The position numbers were made by a program, and so were the translations under genes. A model generated the notes under the pieces. The model made no database searches. It saw nothing but the letters and a program-made list of their open reading frames with translations, and had not been told where the DNA came from. A stretch of 63,791 nt of DNA, the filler included, from Folioceros fuciformis (lineage: Eukaryota): assembly GCA_049999805.1 (NCBI GenBank). It is 8 parts of 8 records of this genome, joined end to end, with 100 filler letters (N's around TTAATTAATTAA, not from the genome) between each part and the next. Parts side by side here need not be neighbours in the genome. Positions count along the whole stretch, not along the records: positions 18,770 to 37,373 come from JBNGIO010005765.1; 7 more parts are not named here. One strand, given 5' to 3'. Positions 25,657-35,357 of this stretch are shown one piece after another; positions within the stretch are counted from its first letter, which is position 1; the number at the start of each line of letters is the position of its first letter.

Positions 25657-28584
25657 TCATGGTCGACCTTTGCAAGTGCAATAACCAGCTGCAAACCGAT
25701 GCACACGGTACCCATCCCTCACAACAATGTCTCTGTTTTCAACTCTGGACATGATCTCGGTGGAAGTGTGGCAGTCACTGCACATGCGGAGGTTCTTCGT
25801 GACCAGCAAAGGTGTGCCACTCGGAGTGTTCAACAAACCAAACGCCAGGGCCAGTTTCTCAGCATGCCCACAGAGCGCATCTTCCTTCTCCTTCTCAGAC
25901 ACTGGCTTCAACACCAACTTGGTGTGCGGTACGTGGCCCCCTTCCTGCTTCAGTCGTGCATTCATGCTCTCCACCTTCACTGCAATATCATCTCTGTTTT
26001 CTCCCACCACAAATGTATGTACCTCCCTCTTCACCTCAATCGTCACCACTGCAGGTTTCTTGTTAGCTCCTGCTCCCACCCGCTGCGTCTCGATTCTATC
26101 TGCATCGGCCCACCTACCTGCGTCTGCGAAGGTGTTGGCCATGAGCACATATGCGGATGCATGCTGCGGCTCCAGTCTCACCAGACTTTCGAAACAGCGC
26201 GTTGCCCTCTCTATATCCCCGTGACTTTTGCAAGCATTCAGCAAAGACGTCAACCCCACAACGTTGTGTTGGCCCTCACATGACAGTAGCATGTTCTCAG
26301 CCTCATCCAAATGGCCTGCGCGCCCAAGAAGGTCGATCATGCAAGTGAAATGCTCCACAGTGGGTTTGATGCCATGCTGTTCAACCATGGAATCGAAGTG
26401 CATGCGGCCCTCGTCCACAAGTCCCTCGTGACTGCATGCCGCCAGAAGGCAAGTGAAAGTAGCTTCATCAGGCTGGATACCAGAGGCTAGCATCTCCTCG
26501 AAATAAGCTACTGCCTTCTGGCCATCATCACAAGCACCACACCCGGCTATCAGGGCCGTCCATGTCACCACATCCTTCGTGGCCATGCCGTCAAAAACCC
26601 GGCGCGCATTTTCCAGTTCGCCGCATTTTGCATACATGTCCACCAGGCAGTTGCCCAGCACTACGTTGTTCAGCTGCCCTCTTTCCACAATCTGTGAGTG
26701 CAGCTGAGTGCCCGTCTGTAAGGCACCCACGTTTGCACATGCCTTCAGAAGGCAAGCAAAAGTAACGTCGGTAGTCAAAATCGGGCTCTCCTGCTCCATC
26801 TGTGCGTACAGATCTAGCGCCTCCTGGCTCAGCCCTTGATGTGCGTACCCTGCAAGCAGAGCATTCCATGTCACCACATTTTTCGAGGATAGGCTGTCAA
26901 AAACCTGCCGTGCAAGTTCCAGTTCGCCACATTTCGCATACATGTCCACCAGGCAGGTGCCCAACAACACGTTATCAAGCTGTCCACTTTTGACAATCTG
27001 TGTGTGCAGCTGCCTCCCCTTCTGCACGGCACCAGTGCTTGCACAGGCCTTCAGAAGGCAAGCAAAAGTAACCTGGTCAGCCACAACGAGGCCCTCTTGC
27101 TCCATTTGTCCATAAACAACAAGCGCCTCCTGACCAAGCCCTCGCTGCGCATAGCCAGCGATCAGGGCATTCCATGTCACCACATCCTTTCTGATCAAGC
27201 TGTCAAAAACCTGGCGAGCTTCTCGCAGTTCGCCACATTTTGCGTACATGTCCACCAAACAGTTGCCCAACACTATGTTATCCAACAGTCCTCTTTTCAC
27301 AATCTGTGAGTGCAAGTGCCTGCCCTTCTGTAAGGCACCAGTGCTTGCACAGGCCTTTAGGAGGCGAGCAAAAGTAACATGGTCAGCCACAACCAGGCCC
27401 TCTTGCTCCATTTGTCCATACACAACAAGGGCCTCTTGGCCGCGCCCATGCTTTGCATACCCAGCAATGAGTGCAGTCCATGTCACCACATCCTTGGTGT
27501 CCATCCTGTCAAAAACTTGGCGGGCACGTTCCATTTCGCCACATTTTGCGTACATGTCCACCAGGCAGTTGTCGACAAACAAGTTATCAGGAATGCCACT
27601 GCGCAACACATCACAGTGCACTTGTGTGCCAGATTCCAAGTCCACAGCAAGTGCACAAGCTTGAAGGGCAGCTACGAAGACGTGGGCATCCGCCTTCATA
27701 CCTGAGCGACGCATCTCATGGTACAGTTGTATGGCCCTGTCAGGCTGCCCATGTTTCGCATGTGCAGAGATTATGGAAAACCACATGAAGGCATCTGGTT
27801 TGCCTACCCTGGTGAACACATCCATGGCCTCCTGTAACCTACCTCCACATGCATACATTCGCAAGATATGGTTCCCCAAGTACGCATTCGACTCGTATCC
27901 ACGTTTCACCGTGAGAACATGAACTCGTTGCCCCAAAGCCAGGTCCTTCCTTGCTGTACAGAGTTTTAGCACAGTATAAAACAGAGACAGAGAAATGGGA
28001 CAATCTGTGTGCGCGAGAGATTCCAGAGCTCCAACGGCCTCACTGAGCTTCCCCTGCTGACATAACGTACTCACGATTTCCACGGTGACGACCCCCATAT
28101 CCGATCCTGCACGCCCTCCGGGTTCATGCTTATCCAAAGAGATGGAGTCAGAAGAAAAGGCACCATGACCCATCTGCATATCCAACGAGACGAGTTGCTC
28201 ATCCACCCAAGCTGGCTTCAACATGTTGTTTAACCACAGGACCTCGCTGGACCCCTTCCGCCGGAAATCAGGCCACCTGGAGCTCTTCTTATCTCGTCTG
28301 TTGTCCCACCACATGGTAGGGTCGTGAAAAAACTGTTTCCACAAGAGCTCCTGCTCCTCGCGACCACCATGGCTGGAAAGACCATCCCCACCCACACCTT
28401 CTCTGGGAAGTGGAATTGCTGGGTTCCTTGCACTACTGCAGCTGAAGGCTTGCTTGTTTCCCAGCGCTTGACTTCCTAAGGCGAGGTGAGCAGTAGCCCC
28501 TCGTACACTCCCTGTACACACACCAATTTGATGGGTCCACAACAGGTCCGGCTGCCATTCGACTGCCATCGTATCCCGGAGCAT
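25657..28584 (-). CDS. Intronless PLS-class PPR protein with E1/E2 and a DYW:KP (GRP-type) deaminase-like domain, plus N-terminal OSB-like PDF motif; candidate organellar U-to-C editing factor
   Basis: About 18 P/L/S motifs ending P2-L2-S2-E1-E2, then KKPAVVTIEV, HAEKLA, CSDCH and terminal CTCKGRP. First ATG at 28584; true start uncertain. Confidence 0.95.
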   Translation of the reverse strand: MLRDTMAVEWQPDLLWTHQIGVCTGSVRGATAHLALGSQALGNKQAFSCSSARNPAIPLPREGVGGDGLSSHGGREEQELLWKQFFHDPTMWWDNRRDKKSSRWPDFRRKGSSEVLWLNNMLKPAWVDEQLVSLDMQMGHGAFSSDSISLDKHEPGGRAGSDMGVVTVEIVSTLCQQGKLSEAVGALESLAHTDCPISLSLFYTVLKLCTARKDLALGQRVHVLTVKRGYESNAYLGNHILRMYACGGRLQEAMDVFTRVGKPDAFMWFSIISAHAKHGQPDRAIQLYHEMRRSGMKADAHVFVAALQACALAVDLESGTQVHCDVLRSGIPDNLFVDNCLVDMYAKCGEMERARQVFDRMDTKDVVTWTALIAGYAKHGRGQEALVVYGQMEQEGLVVADHVTFARLLKACASTGALQKGRHLHSQIVKRGLLDNIVLGNCLVDMYAKCGELREARQVFDSLIRKDVVTWNALIAGYAQRGLGQEALVVYGQMEQEGLVVADQVTFACLLKACASTGAVQKGRQLHTQIVKSGQLDNVLLGTCLVDMYAKCGELELARQVFDSLSSKNVVTWNALLAGYAHQGLSQEALDLYAQMEQESPILTTDVTFACLLKACANVGALQTGTQLHSQIVERGQLNNVVLGNCLVDMYAKCGELENARRVFDGMATKDVVTWTALIAGCGACDDGQKAVAYFEEMLASGIQPDEATFTCLLAACSHEGLVDEGRMHFDSMVEQHGIKPTVEHFTCMIDLLGRAGHLDEAENMLLSCEGQHNVVGLTSLLNACKSHGDIERATRCFESLVRLEPQHASAYVLMANTFADAGRWADADRIETQRVGAGANKKPAVVTIEVKREVHTFVVGENRDDIAVKVESMNARLKQEGGHVPHTKLVLKPVSEKEKEDALCGHAEKLALAFGLLNTPSGTPLLVTKNLRMCSDCHTSTEIMSRVENRDIVVRDGYRVHRFAAGYCTCKGRP

Positions 28585-29169
28585 GAGACGCACACCAAAC
28601 TATGTCATGGATTGCATGACCCCACCACCCTCAGGAAGGGCAGTGCAGCTACTTTTGGTAATAGATGGCCAAGACAACAAACCACAAGCATTCATTCCAG
28701 CGCTCGCATCAAAATACTCAGCGAATGGGAACACCAGTATCAAAAATCCATGATTCATTCCTCTCAGCCCTCTCTGATGAGGTTGTGAATGGACGTGCAG
28801 TGTAGCAGTCGTTGAGGTGAGCAGCCCGTGCTGAGCTGGCTGCAAGCTCGTTTATACTACTGAGTGGTTTCCGATGGGGTGGGGAAAAAGACGGATAGGG
28901 CAGGGTTTGGGAGCGGGAAGGGCACCTACAGAGGCTCAGCGGGGGATGCACAGTCGTCAAAGCATCTATGTAACCCATGAGTCATTCTGCTATGGAGTGT
29001 GACAAGGTGTGCCCTCAACATACCCGAACCTGGTGATGTGCGCTCCCATGCTGTCTCCAGTCGTCGTTGCGGATTCAGAATTCTTGGAAAATTCATTCTG
29101 TGCTGCGACCAAGCTCACATCCATTTCAGCCTGGTGGTAGCTACCCTTGCCTTGCTGTCAGAGAGGAGT

Positions 29170-29265
29170 AAAGGATTCCAGCCTTTGGTCTCACCCAGTC
29201 TTTGGTCTCATCCAGTCTTTGGTCTCATCCACTCGTTGGTCTCATCCAATCTTTGGTCTGATCCC
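29170..29265. repeat. About 17-bp tandem repeat CTTTGGTCTCATCCAGT (about 5 copies)
   Basis: Read directly. Confidence 0.8.
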
Positions 29266-29389
29266 ATCTTCCACCAAAACAACAATCTTACAGCATCTCA
29301 GGAACTTACAACGACAATGTACTCGAGATGTTGCAGGCTTTTGTGGTTTTGAAGACCTTGTGTTGTGTGAGTTTCACGTCAAAACAAGA

Positions 29390-29530
29390 CATGCAACAAG
29401 GATCATGAATGATATGGCTTCGAGAAGTGCAACAAGGATATGAATGATCTAGCTTTAAGAAGTGCAACAAGGATATGAATGATCTAGCTTCAAGAAGTGC
29501 AACAAGAATCATGAATGATTTTCTTCAAGA
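29390..29530. repeat. About 35-bp tandem repeat AAGTGCAACAAGGATATGAATGATCTAGCTTCAAG (about 4 copies)
   Basis: Read directly. Confidence 0.8.
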
Positions 29531-30869
29531 TGTACAAGTTACAAGGGATCATAAGTGATCTAATCAGATCCTACATACATGCGAGAAATCGAAGTGCCCA
29601 TTTGTTGTATGCTTTAGCCAAACTCCTAGGGGGGTGGATTGTGGTATTTTTAGTGGTCTAGCTGAGTCAGTAGAGACATTGCAATATATCATTCCTCAAT
29701 TTGTCTTCCGTAGTTGAGTCTTAATTGAGACAAGTTGTAGGCTTTGTGCCCACATAGTTGGAATAGCTTAGCAAGGAATCTTATCAAAGTTAGTTAAGTA
29801 TTGCAGTCAAGTTGGATGTGACATATTGACACTAAAGAACCACACCTCTATGAGATAATGTGCGGATGTGGATGGATGTCAATAAAGGGAGAGATTGAGT
29901 TTGTTGGGAGGTGTGTTTTGGGCCTTTTGTGGAGTGAATTTGGTGGCTCTAGGCTATTGGTAATGAGGCCTTCTATTATCCTCACCCGTACCCTTATGAA
30001 ATTGATTATATAATTACAACTGAATAACCCTAGATTTATAAACAATTTAATTTATAATATATAAATTAATTTTATACATGTACCTTCATAAAATCTTAAT
30101 AATTTTATACAATGAACTTTATAGCAACACAAAGAATATTCAAAATTGAGATGGAAAATTTTATCTACCTTGAAAAAAATGAGAAATAGCAAAAAAACAT
30201 ATGAGAGGGCCAATCTCTTTGTATTGCTGCATGATTTGACTGATCCTATTTTCATGAAAAAAGTGAAAAGACAGTATTTTTAGGGATTCTAGGGACCCAA
30301 GACATACCTTAAGCTAGTGCACCCAAAAAATTGTGATGCAAAGATCATACAGCTTGAAGCAATGAGAACGATTGATGACTTATCGCAGGCAATCTCCTAG
30401 TCTTTCTAGTTGCCCCTTGTGGCTCTTGTGATTGCGTTGTGATGCCAGCACACAAGGTCCTTTTGATTGCATTGTGATACTAGTACTTCTTGATGGTACA
30501 ATGTGCTCGTCTTGCCTTGTCACACTTGTGATTGTGTTGTGATATTGATGCTGGTACTTCTTCATTGTACAATGTCTTGCTTCCTTTCATTCCAAATGAA
30601 GTTAGGACACACACGAGAAGGGGAAAGTGGGAGAGCCCACTCCTTTGAATATTAGCAAGAGGCTTCATAAGATGGCAGTGCATAGTATTATGGGTTAGCA
30701 AGCATGATCCTAAACAAGCATCAGAGAAATGGTTGCTTTGCCTGCCTCCAAGATAGGATAGGATAGGATAGGATAGGTTGACTAGCCTTGTGGGTCTAGG
30801 TCTAGATGATAGGGAAATAAGGAAAGGCATGCCATTGGACTGACGTGTTGCAAAAGTATGTAATGTACT

Positions 30870-31790
30870 TACTCATGTGCCAGTTGCAACCGTATTCATA
30901 CATGTAAGGCTTGCCTGCTTGCTAGTGACACATGACATGACACCACACCACATCATACCCACATCCTGTCGGTTGCATGGAATACGTCCCAACTTTTCAC
31001 AATAATGTATTCGTACCTTGCAAGTTGCCCCCCGGCGTGATACAATACGGTACAGTACAATACTAGCCTAGTCTGCCAGTTGCACGTGACAGGATTCCTA
31101 CCCTACCACTTGCCAAGTTGCACATGACACTATGTTTATAGCTCACCAGTTGCACGTGTATTCATACCACACCACTCGCTCAACTGTGCCTATATTCATA
31201 CCTCACCACTCGATTGTGCCTGCATTCACACCTCACTACTTTCATGTGACGCTAGCCAGTCACAGTACCTCTATTATTGAACCATACCCTCACCTTTCCT
31301 TACCGTTGCACCTAACACTGTATTCATACAGTTGGGCGGACGGGGCGTGATACCTGCCAGATGCCAGTTGTGTATTCATACTGTGCATGATACTTGTCAG
31401 TTTTGCCACTTACGCCTGACAATGTATTCATACCTTACAGTTGATACCTGACAATTCTACCTGTATTGATACCTTACAAGGTGCATTGCATGTGATACTT
31501 GTCACATGCAATGTCATTATATTCATACCTTACCAGCTGTGCCGGTATTCGTACCCCACCAGTTATGCATGATACGTGTCAGTTTGCCAACCAGGTGTGC
31601 CAACCTGTATTCATACCTTTAAGTTACCGTATACCCCCGTGATGCTTGTCAATTATGCCACGTCTAGGCGTATTCATACCTTACCAGTTGATCTGAGCGT
31701 GATACTTGTCAGCTACGCCAGTTGTGTATCTATACTGTATCGTACCTTACCTAACCTTATCCATTGCTCTTGTAAGAACCCCGTGACACT
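30870..31790. repeat. Degenerate array of TGTATTCATACCTTACCAGTTG / CGTGATACTTGTCA motifs
   Basis: More than ten dispersed occurrences of GTATTCATACC-like cores. Confidence 0.6.
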
Positions 31791-34413
31791 TGTACGAGAT
31801 ATATGTGTACTATGCATACATACCGTATGTCCTCTCAATCCAAAGCTTTGTTGGGTTATTACCGTAGTACTCTTAGATGAAGCAAGAAAATTGATAATAA
31901 AAGTTATACCTGTTATTAATCGTTGTATCATTGTCCAATTATATAATTATAACCCTAATCCTCATAGATAAGGTAGTTGGTGGAAAAGCTAGGGCTAGGA
32001 GGAAGGACAGCTTAGCCCTGCTGTGCGTGATTGGACTGTCCACCCTAACCCTAGTTAGTAATTATGAGGATGAGAAAGAAGCTGGGTCGTTATTACAAAA
32101 TATTCTTGGGCCAATTTTTTAACATAAGAAGCCACCTAGGTACACATACCGTTAAGATTGCACAGGCATGTACACACATGGGCCCTCAGGGCCAGCGGCA
32201 GGGCAGGGCATGGGCAGAGGAAAGAGTGGGGCCTGGCCTGGCATGGCCTCCGACTCCCAGGGTTGGGTTGATGGAGTGAGTGACGCCAAACGGCCAAACA
32301 GCTGTGCCGCGCCAGCCAGCCTCGCAACCGCACTAATTTGCCCAATCATGGCCACAGTCCGATTCACCGACAAGTTTCTGTCTTCTCCACTGCCATCCGT
32401 TCCGTTCCGTTCCGTCCCGTTCTGCGGGGCTGGCCTGGCCTGAGCTTGGCTTGGCAGTACCGGGAAACGCGACAGCGCAGCGGAGCGCCACGCCGCGCCG
32501 TGCCCTTTCCTTTCATCAACTTTGGCGCCGCGCCCAGATTGGAACACTCGCAGCCTCCAAGGGGCCAGCTTCCAGCCAGCTAGCAGCAGCTGCTGTCACC
32601 CTGTCCAGTAAACTACCTACAGTAAACGCGGACCAGGGCCAGGAGGATCAGGAGTCCAGGACCATGGCAATGGCAAGGGCAAGGGCATGGCTTGATTTTT
32701 TGGCTGGCTACACGTCAGGTGCGTCGGGAGATTTTTCTACACGTCACCCACGATTCCCACAGCTGAAGCTTCGACGCGGCCAACGTCTAGCATAACCTTG
32801 TTATCAAAATAGTGGCCGGCAAGGCCAGGCCAGGCCAGGACACGCCAGGACCAGGCCAAGATCAAGCCAGGACCAGGCCAGTCCAGTCCACCTCCCATGC
32901 ACCTTGTTTCTGTTATCAAGTGGCTCATAACGCCTCCAGCTCTGAATCCCACCTTGGCGTCCGTGCTTCATCCAACCCATCTTGTGTTTTTATCCTACAC
33001 TAGAGTAGACTAGACAAGACTACACTGGTCTAGTCTAAACTAGACTAGGGATGCACAGACCCGTCCCTTCCACCATCACCTCCACACCGGTGATGTACTG
33101 TTTTAAATCACAAGCCAGAGAAAAACAACTGTCAGATACTGCTCACGCCACCTCCAGCAAAGCAAAAGAAGGCAATGATGAAATGTGCTTGCCTTGCCTC
33201 GCATCCCCTCCCCTCCCCCTCCCCTTCAAACAACCCAAGGATAAGCGCTGGCCACCACAAGATAAACAATTATCATGGCCACATGTACTTTCAAGCACCC
33301 GGTGATTGCATTAAGGACGGGCCAGTGTAGCAAGCGTTTGTCCCACCCGGACTGGATATGTTCACGTACTTACAAACTCAAGCGCCAGCCAGGTCACTGC
33401 GTCCAACGTCCTCGCAATCCTGGAGCCTCCCCCCCAGTACATTCCTTGGTGGGCTAGCCATGCCAGGCCATGCCATGCCTTGCCTTGCCACCCACGTCCA
33501 TCCGTAACTGGCACTTTCTCCAGCACCTTCACCATCTCCTCCTCCCTCTGTCTCCATCACCTTCACCTTCTCCTCCTGCCTCTGCCACCACGTCTGCCGC
33601 TGGAGGACATATAACACACACTTGCTATCACCTCTGTCACAGCAGCGTGCTGCTCAAGTGATGGTAAACACGGATTCAAATTGTAAGTCTTTAAATGCAT
33701 TACAAGGGGTGACCTTCCCACGAATGGGGGGAAGGCTCACTAATGTACAAACAGGCAGGCCTGCACATAGAACCCAATCTTCCACCACATGGACGACCAA
33801 GCCCCTCACACTACTCTGCCAATTCATCCATGGACGGCCCACATCCAGTACAACTCAATTCCGTGTGGGCCATGGAGCTTGACAGTTATCAGCAATTCCC
33901 ACACTAACCAGCCAAATTAGGCAGGGACTCTCTTTGAGACTAGGAAGCAAAAGAGGCACCGGACTGCTGCAGCCACTATAACTAAATTTCGCCTCATTCT
34001 ACATTGTGTCTCAAGTACTCTCGAGGCTCTCAGTGGACACTGCAGGGTGTGAGGGGAGACAGGAGGGCAACTGCCAAATTGTTATCCTCCAGTCCGACAC
34101 AGAAACAGCAGTAGCAGCAGCAGCAGCATTGAAGCTTGGGCAGCGTTGGGCTCCCAAAAAACCATGAACTAGGTTTAACCACAAGTTTGAACCGAGATTG
34201 TAGCCTCGAAACCGATGATGGGTGGCAAATATGGGAGCACCGGAACATGAGATCGCCACTCCTAGAGTGACGGAAAGGACATCTGCTGCTGTGCTAAGGT
34301 CCAACATGGGGTACTGATGAGTTAGAAGAAGTTAATAAGTTCGACAGCACAAGCATCCAGACGAGTGCAGACACACCTTTATCCCATAGGATTGGCCTGT
34401 ACCCTGAAACACG

Positions 34414-34746
34414 TCATGAACGAGCTTCCTGTTTCCGGAGGGAAGACACTTTCACCTGTGAGCTGACACTCGAAAGTTCGGAAGCTCCTGCCAGTGCCTG
34501 CAGCATCTTCACCACCTCCACCGTGTCATCCATGAAGTACTTGGCCTTACTTGGCTTGTTTCCCACAGTGCAGGCGAACACCTCGGCTATCGATGAGTGG
34601 GGCCGCAAAGCCATGTGGCTGTCGATGCTTTCAAACATATCTTCATCGGATCTGTCATCACCTATGCACAGCAGAAAATCTGCAGGTTCCCCTCTCTCAT
34701 TCATCGAAGAGAGAAGTCGCTCCACTATGACGCCTTTGCTAACCCC
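34414..34746 (-). CDS. TPS: Class II TPS exon 3
   Basis: Acceptor TGCAG|GGG. Encodes GVSKG...CIGDDRSDEDMF...ACTVGNKPSKAKY. TGA at 34414. Confidence 0.93.
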   Translation of the reverse strand, partial: GVSKGVIVERLLSSMNERGEPADFLLCIGDDRSDEDMFESIDSHMALRPHSSIAEVFACTVGNKPSKAKYFMDDTVEVVKMLQALAGASELSSVSSQVKVSSLRKQEARS

Positions 34747-34858
34747 CTGCACAAACAGTTGCAAAGATTTGTTTAGGGAGGACCCAGCATATATTGCTCA
34801 TCTCATGAACAAGAAGGAAGAGACCAAAGAAAACACATCCACCAACACCTTGTTGTAC

Positions 34859-35132
34859 CTGGGGTTTAACTTCCACAATGTGTTGACCACTCTTGACAAC
34901 CACGGGCTCATTGGCCAGAACACTCTCAAGGTGATCGATCAGCTCTTTAGCCTGCCATGAACCGAAATCTGGATCCGCGTCTCGATGATTCCACACGTAC
35001 GCACTTTCTTTCTCCTCAACGTAAGACCCATCGGTGCTGTCACGATAGAGATACATGATAGGCCTTGCAATTTCCTGCCACTCGAAATCAGAGACGGTGA
35101 CAGATGTGCTCCACTCCTCGTCACCACGCCAC
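34859..35132 (-). CDS. TPS: Class II TPS exon 2
   Basis: Acceptor GGCAG|G. Encodes WRGDEEW...DPDFGSWQAKEL...VEVKPQ. Donor CAG|GTAC. The 274-nt length keeps the frame. Confidence 0.93.
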
Positions 35133-35357
35133 CTGCCGAGGCATGTACAGGAACAAGGGGGATAAGGATGTGTGACACGACACGACACGACACGACACTA
35201 CACCACACGAGCACATCACATCTGGCTGTGACAAACCATGAAACAACACTCCTCCTCCTCCACCACCGCCTCCTCCTCCTCCTCCTCCCATTCCTCTTTG
35301 ACCAACGCCAAACCAAGGTGAAGAGAGCAAGGACGAATGCAGGTTACAAGGCATTAC

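Noticed and set aside
25113-31790. Short repeat arrays as possible CRISPR-like loci
   Set aside because: Head-to-tail or degenerate units without unique constant-length spacers, no cas genes, and a plant nuclear context.
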